Shown: positions 42,006 to 50,530 of the stretch, piece after piece
Layout: each line of letters opens with the position of its first letter
How positions within the stretch are numbered: the first letter of the stretch is position 1
Source: Gammaproteobacteria bacterium
GTDB taxonomy: Bacteria > Pseudomonadota > Gammaproteobacteria > Ga0077536
NCBI GenBank assembly: GCA_963662545.2
Contig: CAXXLL010000003.1
Location: 2,016,001-2,080,000 of the forward strand
DNA: 64,000 nucleotides
Reading direction: 5' to 3'
The notes under the pieces: model-generated
What the model saw: only the letters and a program-made list of their open reading frames with translations
Databases searched by the model: none
Told to the model about the DNA's origin: nothing
Position numbers and translations under genes: made by a program

Positions 42006-42668
42006 GTGACAACCAAAAGCGTTCTGTTGGCCATAGGGGCATCGCTCTTAATAGGAGACGCCGCTTTTGGCGAAGGATGGTATACCGCAGTGTATGGGGG
42101 CTATAACTTTTCCGAAGCAGAGGTAGAGGACCCTAGCACGTCGCCGCCTACCGAGCTTGAGGGCGACGATAACTTTCAACTTGGTGCCGCACTCGGCTAC
42201 AGATTTCCAGAAAATGAGGGTGGCAATTGGCGAGCGGAGTTCGACTTCCGCTACTTCTCGGGCGAGCTAGAAAACGAAAGGAACACGACGCTGTTGGCAT
42301 CTTCACGAGATAGTGAAATTGACACATATACGTTCATCGCGCGCGGACTGTACGATTTCAAGATTCCGTCGAAAACCAAATGGCGCCCCTACGTCGGACT
42401 TGGTTTAGGCTTCGTGTCTGCTGATGTCGACACAGTGGTATTCGCCTCGGGGGCCCGTCTCGGGGGCGACGATACGGTATTCGCCGGAGAAGTATCCGGC
42501 GGTATGTCTTATACGCTTAACGAGAAGGTGGAATTATTCGCCGACGTGCGCTACCTGATCGCGGAGGAGCTCGAAATCGATCGCAGTGGGACACCAATAA
42601 CACTCAGAGATGTTGAAGGAGAAATCGACTCATTGAGTGTGAACATCGGCATTCGGTATGGATTTTAG
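42006..42668 (+). CDS. Outer-membrane eight-stranded beta-barrel protein
   Basis: Signal peptide, GYRF, PYVGLGLG, C-terminal GIRYGF. Confidence 0.88.
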   Translation: MTTKSVLLAIGASLLIGDAAFGEGWYTAVYGGYNFSEAEVEDPSTSPPTELEGDDNFQLGAALGYRFPENEGGNWRAEFDFRYFSGELENERNTTLLASSRDSEIDTYTFIARGLYDFKIPSKTKWRPYVGLGLGFVSADVDTVVFASGARLGGDDTVFAGEVSGGMSYTLNEKVELFADVRYLIAEELEIDRSGTPITLRDVEGEIDSLSVNIGIRYGF

Positions 42669-42752
42669 TGACGCCCTGGAACACCATCGCGCGCCTGGTC
42701 CCGTAGGTCACGTACCTTGTCTGAACGTCGCACCGGTATTTTGAGCTCGCTT

Positions 42753-43592
42753 CTATTTTCGTTTCTTTCGCTCACTTTCTGGTGAGCGCTTCTCGCCCAA
42801 AAACTCATGAAAACAGTTTGGCAGATGTCCAATATCAAGCGCTTGATATCCCTGTTGGCTTAAATCATAGGCCAGCACAGTTGCTGTTGGACCAAGAGCA
42901 ATTAGAAACAGTTTATCCTTGTCGAACTGCAAACAGTCGTCTAACAAAGCGTCATATTTAGAAAATGCATGGCGCGCTAGACCATACACATAGGAAAACG
43001 ATTCCAAGTCATGAAATAACCGCAGATCCAATTCGAAAGCACTACCCTTACCCGTGACCAATACCGCATCTCGACCAGCCCACAGGCGTTTGATATTTTC
43101 AACCCCGCCCTCCTGAAACATTGGAAGCCGAGACATAAGAGCGTTGCCATATACGCGATCTGCCGAAGTGTACTTCAGCAAATGTTTACTAACTTGGGCG
43201 AAACAGCCATCCATATACTCAAAGTTTTTAAAGCTTTTGATGTGTTCAAAGTCGGGCGCATCATAGTTGTGGAAGGCAATCAGGCAGCTTTCTGAATCGG
43301 AACGCAGTATTTCAAGCAACCTCTTTTGCAGTCGCTCAGATTTTTTCTGAAAGTCAATGCTGTTGCCAGACATGCACTCATATTCGCCGTCTCCGAATCG
43401 AGCGATAGAAGTGCCGTGTTTGCAAATAAAGTCTATTGTTTCAGATGTTGACATCACGCCAGACAAGAGATGTTCTACTTGTCGTAAAGTTGTTTTACAT
43501 TCATCCAAATCATCAAATTCGCCGCGCAAAATACGGCGGACGTTTTTGTTCGGGTGAAAATTTGAGACTATATAGCGTTGAAATTTGATCAC
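42753..43592 (-). CDS. GT-D fold (DUF1792-like) glycosyltransferase
   Basis: SIARFGDGE, ALGPTATVLAYDL, ALDIGH; AT-rich. Confidence 0.85.
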   Translation of the reverse strand: MIKFQRYIVSNFHPNKNVRRILRGEFDDLDECKTTLRQVEHLLSGVMSTSETIDFICKHGTSIARFGDGEYECMSGNSIDFQKKSERLQKRLLEILRSDSESCLIAFHNYDAPDFEHIKSFKNFEYMDGCFAQVSKHLLKYTSADRVYGNALMSRLPMFQEGGVENIKRLWAGRDAVLVTGKGSAFELDLRLFHDLESFSYVYGLARHAFSKYDALLDDCLQFDKDKLFLIALGPTATVLAYDLSQQGYQALDIGHLPNCFHEFLGEKRSPESERKKRK

Positions 43593-43656
43593 AGACTTCC
43601 CTTTCGAAAAAAGATCGCGTGCACAGTTCGCTTACTTGTAACGACTCCAGATCGCC

Positions 43657-44466
43657 CTATCGCAATCTACTGTCAGGTCGCGTTCGTAACGTTGACGATC
43701 GCTCCTTAGGGACAAAAAAGAAATCGCCGCTTTCCTTCGGATCGGCTGGACCGAATGCTTGCAAGTTCGATCTAAATTTGTAAACGTCATAGTCAAGAAG
43801 GGCAAGAAAGGCGTGGAGCTCCTCAGGGGTATTTCCGGCCCGGGCGAGCCTGCGCCGGTTGACTTCCATCATCAGCGCAGGCCGAAAGTGCGATAGGGTC
43901 CGCCTCGAGCCGCGGATCATGCGTAATTCAAATCCCTCGATGTCAGCCTTTATGAAATCGAGACGAGTTAGTGCCTCGCTTTCGACCAAATCGTCGACCG
44001 TGGTCAGAGAAATTGGGTGATGGAGGGTCCGCCGGCATTCATGCAGACTCGGATCGCGCTTGATGTGACCAAGTCCGAAACCAATGCTACCGCTCTGCTT
44101 GATTGGTACGTGCAGCGTTGCCCGGCCAGGCGCATCACTCAGTCCAACTGGTAAGATGGTGATGTTTGACAGCCGATTAAAGCGAATGGCAGGTCGTAAT
44201 ATAGAGAGGGCATAAGTGCCTGGCTCGACCGTATAGACTTTCCCGTCGGGCGCCATGCGGGCAAAAAGCTTGGCGAACTGCCCAGCATGCCCGCCGACAT
44301 CCAGAACCACTCCATCGGTAGGGATGAACTGCCGAAAACAGGCGGTGAGTTCACGATGATGCTGTTTAACGCAGGCTTTGAACAGGTGAACGAGCCAGGT
44401 CAGCCTCGCACGCCAGGGCAGGCGCGCTGATCTCGAATCGCCGATCTCCAACTCCAGCGACTGCAC
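43657..44466 (-). CDS. FkbM-family methyltransferase
   Basis: DVGGHAG, VEPG, IKADIEGFE. Confidence 0.9.
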   Translation of the reverse strand: MQSLELEIGDSRSARLPWRARLTWLVHLFKACVKQHHRELTACFRQFIPTDGVVLDVGGHAGQFAKLFARMAPDGKVYTVEPGTYALSILRPAIRFNRLSNITILPVGLSDAPGRATLHVPIKQSGSIGFGLGHIKRDPSLHECRRTLHHPISLTTVDDLVESEALTRLDFIKADIEGFELRMIRGSRRTLSHFRPALMMEVNRRRLARAGNTPEELHAFLALLDYDVYKFRSNLQAFGPADPKESGDFFFVPKERSSTLRTRPDSRLR

Positions 44467-44715
44467 GATCTTAATGTGGCGATTCGCGAAACGTGGTTGC
44501 CCGGTGTGCGCTCATCGGTACGTCTGCCCAAGGATAGTGCGATAGCGCTATCGGACTCGATTCGGTGTAAAACTGACGTTAAATTTGGGAAAAGTTCGAG
44601 TAACGAGGGCGCTTCGTTGATCAAGTGAAGTGACTGCAGTCATCAATCTTTAGCAACCGATCAGCGTTGCTATAATAAAATCCCATTAATCCCTGGGCAC
44701 CGACGGCAAATAGCC

Positions 44716-44946
44716 ATGCTGCAGGTCAAGACAAGTGCAGAAACCACGCCGAAGATCTATAACTGGTTACTGGCGTTGGCGACTGCGCTACTGATGCTCT
44801 GCGTCGCCGAATTAACACTGCAGCGGCTGTCTCCGGACACTTACCACATTTGGCCACCTGGATTCGAGAACCAGTTCGAGCCCGTGCCCGGGGTCGAAGG
44901 GGTCTCGGTGTTCACGATTAACGACATGGGTGTTCGTGGCAGAAAC
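44716..44946 (+). pseudogene. N-terminal fragment of a membrane-anchored protein, truncated at the direct repeat
   Basis: TM segment ending AELTLQ, then IN..G.RG (pattern seen before SGNH domains); fuses into repeat copy 2. Confidence 0.5.
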
Positions 44947-45042
44947 TTCGATCGGAAGAGACCAAAGGTACGCGAGTAGCGGTCGCGTTCTGACCTAGCC
45001 TGACGCGAGGCGGAATCCGTTCTCTCTGCGGCCGCCACCTGC
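44947..45042. repeat. Direct repeat, copy 2
   Basis: Matches 36800-36895. Confidence 0.9.
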
Positions 45043-45133
45043 AAGCCCTCTAACACGCCATAGACCTCTGTTTTGAGAGGCTGGACCCACGTCTACCGGG
45101 TAGGCTGATTGGCCATCCCATCGAGCCCCGGCG

Positions 45134-45194
45134 CTAGCCCGCCTATCTCACCCGCGATCGCCGCGGTGGAAGCTTGGTGAGATAGGCGGGCTAG
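45134..45194. repeat. Perfect 19-bp inverted repeat
   Basis: CTAGCCCGCCTATCTCACC-n23-GGTGAGATAGGCGGGCTAG. Confidence 0.85.
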
Positions 45195-45199
45195 ATGCG

Positions 45200-45248
45200 T
45201 TTACCCGAAATTAACCAACCGTTACCGCTCGAATAACCCAGCTTGACC
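45200..45248 (+). promoter_or_regulatory. Five TTAACC-like boxes at 10-12 bp spacing
   Basis: TTTACC, TTAACC, GTTACC, ATAACC, TTGACC upstream of the mlaC-like gene. Confidence 0.6.
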
Positions 45249-45279
45249 AATGCTGCAATAGGAACAAAGGCAAGAATCG

Positions 45280-45921
45280 ATGCCGCAATTTGGTAACGAA
45301 CCGCTCCCCCTGATCAGGTTTCAGGGCGCAATGTTTCAGCTTCGAACGCTATTCTTGCTGTCGGTCATCGCCACGGCGCAGAATGCCGCCGCGCTGTCCG
45401 TGCAACCGCACGAAGTAGTCAAGCACGTGATCCAGCGCGTAATGTCCAAAGTCAACGGTCTCGACAGCTCGGCCGACGAGGATGGCCGCATCACGCTCCA
45501 AGCATTCGAAACCGAGATCAGCCCACACTTGGATTTCCACACCATTACGCGCTGGCTGGCGGGTGAACGCTGGTTGTCTTTTGCGGACGACGAAAGGGAC
45601 GAATTAACGGCGATCGTGCGTGGGCACATCGTCCAGGTCTATGCGGCGCTACTGGCGCGAGGACCGACGGTGGAAATCGAGGTCGAGCCGTCATCGCTCG
45701 TACGCACCCGGTCGGCGAAAGTGGGCGCCTTGATGGCGACCCGGGCAGGAAAGGTGTTCCGGGTCGAGTTCCGCCTGATTCGCAGCGAGGAGTCCTGGAA
45801 ACTTTATGATCTCGCCGTCGACGGCTTGAGCTTTGCGCGTTCGCTGCGCGCCGAACTCGCACCCGTGATCGACGCCGGCGGCGTCGATGGCCTCAAGACC
45901 TATCTCGATACCCATCGATAG
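45280..45921 (+). CDS. MlaC/Ttg2D-family periplasmic phospholipid-binding protein (start may be 45331)
   Basis: Signal peptide, P.LDF..I...LAG..W, WKLYDL.VDGLS. Confidence 0.8.
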   Translation: MPQFGNEPLPLIRFQGAMFQLRTLFLLSVIATAQNAAALSVQPHEVVKHVIQRVMSKVNGLDSSADEDGRITLQAFETEISPHLDFHTITRWLAGERWLSFADDERDELTAIVRGHIVQVYAALLARGPTVEIEVEPSSLVRTRSAKVGALMATRAGKVFRVEFRLIRSEESWKLYDLAVDGLSFARSLRAELAPVIDAGGVDGLKTYLDTHR

Positions 45922-45960
45922 AGAAAAAGGTCGGAGCTAATTAACTCCGACCTCTTTTCT
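45922..45960. terminator. Bidirectional terminator-like or REP hairpin
   Basis: AAAAAGGTCGGAGcTAA-TTAACTCCGACCTcTTTT. Confidence 0.6.
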
Positions 45961-45993
45961 CGTTCGGCGACGGCCACCACCGCGATCACTTCC

Positions 45994-46092
45994 AAAAAAA
46001 AAGCCCTGCACGGGCAGGGCAAGGCGGGGGATGTTAAGTGCTAGGCGGACGCCTGGCGGGAACATTGTGAATAGACCCGCCGGCACGTCGCG
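45994..46092 (-). ncRNA. Candidate small regulatory RNA
   Basis: Orphan intrinsic terminator GCCCTGC-ccgt-GCAGGGC-T9 with a 5' hairpin and C-rich linker; no upstream CDS; 5' end is a guess. Confidence 0.4.
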
Positions 46093-46423
46093 ATCAGTAA
46101 TCTATTTACAGGCTTTTGCATTCTGATTATTCCTTTTCAATTGGATATGCCTGTGCGGTGCCCACCGTGGACATTACGGTTTCTTGCGTTTGATTTGTCT
46201 TAACTCGCGGTTAAATCATGGTTAACTTCGTCGATCCCTGCGGCGCCCAATACGGTCTCGCACCCTGGAACGGTGAGCGCCAGGACGTCTTGCGCGTGGG
46301 AAGCTTGCGCCACGAGTGTCACTCCCCTATGTTGCGGTAGCGCCATGGAGTCCGTGCAGTGCCTCGTCCGCTTTGCACTGGCGGTGGTGCGCACCGAGTG
46401 ATGGACATACGGAGGGGCAAGAC

Positions 46424-47239
46424 ATGGGGTTTGTACGATCGAAAGAAGAAATAGCGACGATCCAGGAATCACTGCACAAGCCGCGTTTCGTCAATGCCGA
46501 AATGCTGACGGTTGATTTTCTCACCCATCAAGCAACCGTTGACCACCTGCTGCCTCCGGGCCTGGAATCGACCGGTAATCCGCGGGTCACGGCCATGGTC
46601 GGGCGCTGGCAGAGCAACTGCGTCGGCGATTTCGACGGTGGCGCGCTTTATATCGAGGCGAAGCACGGAGACATCGTCGGCGATTATGTACTCGCGATGT
46701 ACATGGACCGTGACCAGCCCATCATTTACGGCCGCGAGCTTTTCGGCGAACCGAAGAAGCAGGCCACGACGCGCCTGTTCCGGCGCGGGGATCGGTTGAA
46801 TGGCTCAGTCGATCGGTACGGCACGCGTTTGATCGATCTCGAAGTTGAACTCAAGGTTGACCACGGCCCGACCGAGGGCGAAGGCGTCAATTTCAATTAC
46901 AAGGCGATTCCTGCCACCAACGGCATCGGCCTCGAATGGGACGTAGCGCTCACGGTAGCGCGTTTCGAGACCATCGTGCGCGTCAACGCAGAGGGCGCGG
47001 GCGCCATTCAACTGGGCAGGACGGTTCACGATCCGCTGGCCGATGTGGAAATCGTCGAAGTGCTACGGGGCGCCTTCATCGAAGCCGACCTCATCGCGAG
47101 CGCCGAGACGCTCGAATACATCAGTGCGGAGGAATTTCTGCCTTATGCGCTGGGCCGCACCGATGATTGGAGTGCATTGAACACCGAAGTCCGTCGCGAG
47201 ATCCCGGCGGGCCGTCGCGAGGTGACCGAGGGGGCCTGA
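46424..47239 (+). CDS. Acetoacetate decarboxylase-like family protein
   Basis: GRELFGEPKK Schiff-base Lys motif; ATG after GGAGG. Confidence 0.85.
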   Translation: MGFVRSKEEIATIQESLHKPRFVNAEMLTVDFLTHQATVDHLLPPGLESTGNPRVTAMVGRWQSNCVGDFDGGALYIEAKHGDIVGDYVLAMYMDRDQPIIYGRELFGEPKKQATTRLFRRGDRLNGSVDRYGTRLIDLEVELKVDHGPTEGEGVNFNYKAIPATNGIGLEWDVALTVARFETIVRVNAEGAGAIQLGRTVHDPLADVEIVEVLRGAFIEADLIASAETLEYISAEEFLPYALGRTDDWSALNTEVRREIPAGRREVTEGA

Positions 47240-47247
47240 GCCGGCGC

Positions 47248-48255
47248 CTACGAGGCTTCGAGCACCTCCAGGCATCCGGTCTCGTCGAGCAGGCCGGTAA
47301 TGCGACCGCGCTCGCTCGCGTTCAAGCGAGCGAACTGTGCGCGCAGAAAATCGAGACATTTCGATTGATACCGGCCGGCCGGCTGTGTGTAGGACTGTCC
47401 GGCGAGTTCCACGCGGAAGCTCTCGTCCCTCTCCGCGACGGCGTTCGCATTGGCTTCGAGAAATGGCAGGTAAAATCGCCCTGCCATCGCGATGAATTCT
47501 ACGACCACTGCCGAGGCGCCCGTTTCGCTCCAATCCCCATCGATTCCCGAGCCATCGTCGAGGCGCCGCACCCAATGCTCGGTGCGCGGAGCGGTGCGGC
47601 GCATGACGGCCATCGAGGTGGGGTCGGCCGCAAGAGTCGTGAGTTGGCCGTAGAGTCCGAAATCCGCCAGCGAAGGCCGTGTACCGAACAGGAAGCGATC
47701 CGTTGCGGCCATCGATTCGAGCGCAGCCAGGGTCTCGTGGTAGAAGGTTTCAAACAGCTCGGCGTTCTCCGGGATGCAGCCAAACAGGGGCATGCGATTC
47801 GTCTGCCGTTCGAGAAATTTTGCGGTGAGTTCTTCCAGGCGCTCGCGTGACAGACCCGGGTGAGCGTCGTCCATGACCCAGGCAGGTGCGAAACTTCGAT
47901 TTTCCGGTTTGCTGAATCGATTGTGAAATAGACATTTCGAAAGCCATTCGTCGGCCATGTCCTCAATTAATAAGCTCAGAAAGGCGGCCGCGGGATCGGT
48001 CGGCACGATCGAGCGGCCGTTCGGGTGAAGGCGCTCCAGATCTAAGATGATAGGCGTCGTGTCGGTCCGGTAAGTCCCGTCGGGGAACTGGACGACCGGC
48101 ATCAAGAGCGGACGTACATGCAGTGTTTCCCCAAAATACTGCGGCATACGGCTCAACCAGACGTGGGGTAGCCGACGGAAACGCATGACGGCCCGTACTT
48201 TGACGGTATAAGGCGACGACTCGACGCCGATGATGCGGTAGGTTTCTTTCATCAA
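47248..48255 (-). CDS. Glutathione S-transferase family protein
   Basis: SPYTVKVR, DTTPII, ED.ADEW, FLFGTRPSLADFGLYGQL. Confidence 0.85.
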   Translation of the reverse strand: MMKETYRIIGVESSPYTVKVRAVMRFRRLPHVWLSRMPQYFGETLHVRPLLMPVVQFPDGTYRTDTTPIILDLERLHPNGRSIVPTDPAAAFLSLLIEDMADEWLSKCLFHNRFSKPENRSFAPAWVMDDAHPGLSRERLEELTAKFLERQTNRMPLFGCIPENAELFETFYHETLAALESMAATDRFLFGTRPSLADFGLYGQLTTLAADPTSMAVMRRTAPRTEHWVRRLDDGSGIDGDWSETGASAVVVEFIAMAGRFYLPFLEANANAVAERDESFRVELAGQSYTQPAGRYQSKCLDFLRAQFARLNASERGRITGLLDETGCLEVLEAS

Positions 48256-48447
48256 GTGCTCCGAATGGCTGGTTCGAATTACGGGTCGGATTTACGTTGG
48301 CCCGGCGGTCGCGGCAGTTGCGGATCGTTCCGACAGGGTAGCAACGCTCCAAGAAAAGTGCTCCGATATAACGGGGCGGCGAGGAGCGCTTGATCCATGG
48401 GCCGGGGCTTATGGTCGCCACCCGCTAATTCATACAAGGTGCTTTGC

Positions 48448-50499
48448 ATGCGTTTCACGATCCTGACGGCGGCATTGTTCGTCGCAATGTTTCATGCGAC
48501 CGATGGTGACGCCGTACAGGGAGTCATCGAAGGCCGGGTCCTCAACGAACAGGAACGCGCGGAAGCGGGCGTGTGGGTGATCGCCGAAACTGCGGATCTG
48601 CCGACCGAATTTCGGAAGATTGTCGTCACCGATAAAAACGGCCGTTTCGTTCTGCCCGAGCTACCCGCAGCGCACTACGAGGTCTGGGTGCGTGGTTACG
48701 GTCTGTTAGATTCCGACCGTCACGGTGCGCGGCCCGGGGACACCCTGGATCTAAAGGTTGCGGCCGCGACGGATCCGGCGGCCGCCGCGGTGATTTATCC
48801 GGCCAATTACTGGCTGGCCCTGCTCGAGATCCCAAACAGTAGGCGCTTCGGCGAAGCGAGTGCACCCTACCGCTCGCAGGCGGCGTGGCGCAGCCAGTTC
48901 AAGCTCAATTGCATGCTGTGCCACCAACTCGGCTCGGCCGCGACTCGCCTGCCGAACGCCAGCGCCTTCGACCATGGTCTCAAGAAAGCCGCGGCCATGA
49001 ATTTCTTTGCCGATCGGCTCGGGCGAGAGCAACTGCTCGGCGTTCTCGCCGATTGGGGTGATCGGATCGCACGGGGGGAAACACCCTCTGCGCCGCCGCG
49101 GCCCACGGGCATCGAACGTCACTTCGTCATCACCCAGTGGGGCTGGGGGGACCGATACACCTATGCGCACGACGAGATCGCCACCGATAAGCGCAATCCC
49201 TTCCTCTATCCAAACGGGCCGATCTATGGGGCGGATATCGGCAACGATCACCTGCTTATGTTGGACCCGGTGTCGCATACCGCATCGCGCATCACCGTCC
49301 CGACGCGGGACGGATTCGACACCCCGTGGTGTGACCAGACCTACAAGGCCTCGAACGACGACGAAGTCGTGCCCTTCGGCGTCGGTTTGCTCGGATGCCC
49401 GTGGCCGGGCGGCGCATCAGCGCACCTCGGTCAATACCAGAACGCGGCCAACCCGCACAACCCGATGATGGACGGGCAGGGCCGGGTATGGATGACGACC
49501 CAGATCCGCCGGCAATGGGCGGAGGATCTACCGGAATTCTGCAAACATTCATCGATCATCACCGACAATCTGCATCACCGGCAACTCGGTTACTACGATA
49601 CCAATACGAGGAGGTTTGTACTCGTCGACACTTGTTTCGGCACGCATCATCTACAGTTCGATCCCAACGGTATGTTGTGGGTCAGCGGTGACGATTACGT
49701 CATCGGCTGGCTCGATACGGCGATCTTCGATGCTTCTGATCCGGCCTCGCTCGAACGGGCGCAGGGTTTCTCCCAGGTCCGTGTCGACAGCAACGGCGAC
49801 GGCACGGCGGATCAGCCGCTGGTCGGATTTCACTACGGCATCATTCCCAGTCCCATCGATGGGGCGGTGTGGACCGCGGTGCCGCCCGGGATCAGCAGTC
49901 CCTCAGGTGAGCCGGGCCGCATTCACCGTTTCGACCGAAAAGCGGATCGTCACGAAGCCTATTCCCCGCCGACGCCCGGGTATGGTCCGCGCGGCGTCGA
50001 CCTCGACAGCAAGGGTGTCGTCTGGACGGCTCTCGCCGGCAGCGGCCATCTCGCCCGGTTCGATCGCAGTCGATGCCGGCAACACTGGGGAACCGGTGCA
50101 CAATGCCCAGAAGGCTGGACGCTATGGGAAACCCCCGGACTGCAGTTCAAGGGCGTGCGCGCGATGGCCAACGATGGCGGCACGGACATGCACTATTACC
50201 TCTGGGTCGATCAATTCGATACGCTCGGCATGGGTCGGGACGCCGTCGTCATCAACGGCACTGGTTCCGACTCCTTGGTAGTGTTCGATCCGAAGACGAA
50301 GAAGTTTACGGTGATCCGCGTACCGTATCCGCTCAATACCTATACCCGCGGACTCGATGGACGTATCGACGATCCGGACGCCGGCTGGAAAGGGCGCGGC
50401 TTATGGTTCACCAACGGACTCGACCCGATCATCCATTCGGAGATCCCGAAATCCTACGTCGGTAAGGTTCAACTCAGGCCCCATCCCCTGGCCCACTGA
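48448..50499 (+). CDS. Secreted protein with carboxypeptidase-regulatory-like domain, CxxCH and Vgb-like beta-propeller
   Basis: Signal peptide, GVWVIAET, WVRGYGL, CMLCH, repeated D..G.(V/L)W blades. Confidence 0.8.
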   Translation: MRFTILTAALFVAMFHATDGDAVQGVIEGRVLNEQERAEAGVWVIAETADLPTEFRKIVVTDKNGRFVLPELPAAHYEVWVRGYGLLDSDRHGARPGDTLDLKVAAATDPAAAAVIYPANYWLALLEIPNSRRFGEASAPYRSQAAWRSQFKLNCMLCHQLGSAATRLPNASAFDHGLKKAAAMNFFADRLGREQLLGVLADWGDRIARGETPSAPPRPTGIERHFVITQWGWGDRYTYAHDEIATDKRNPFLYPNGPIYGADIGNDHLLMLDPVSHTASRITVPTRDGFDTPWCDQTYKASNDDEVVPFGVGLLGCPWPGGASAHLGQYQNAANPHNPMMDGQGRVWMTTQIRRQWAEDLPEFCKHSSIITDNLHHRQLGYYDTNTRRFVLVDTCFGTHHLQFDPNGMLWVSGDDYVIGWLDTAIFDASDPASLERAQGFSQVRVDSNGDGTADQPLVGFHYGIIPSPIDGAVWTAVPPGISSPSGEPGRIHRFDRKADRHEAYSPPTPGYGPRGVDLDSKGVVWTALAGSGHLARFDRSRCRQHWGTGAQCPEGWTLWETPGLQFKGVRAMANDGGTDMHYYLWVDQFDTLGMGRDAVVINGTGSDSLVVFDPKTKKFTVIRVPYPLNTYTRGLDGRIDDPDAGWKGRGLWFTNGLDPIIHSEIPKSYVGKVQLRPHPLAH

Positions 50500-50530
50500 T
50501 TGCTCAACGTATAGTGGGCGGACCGCAGTT

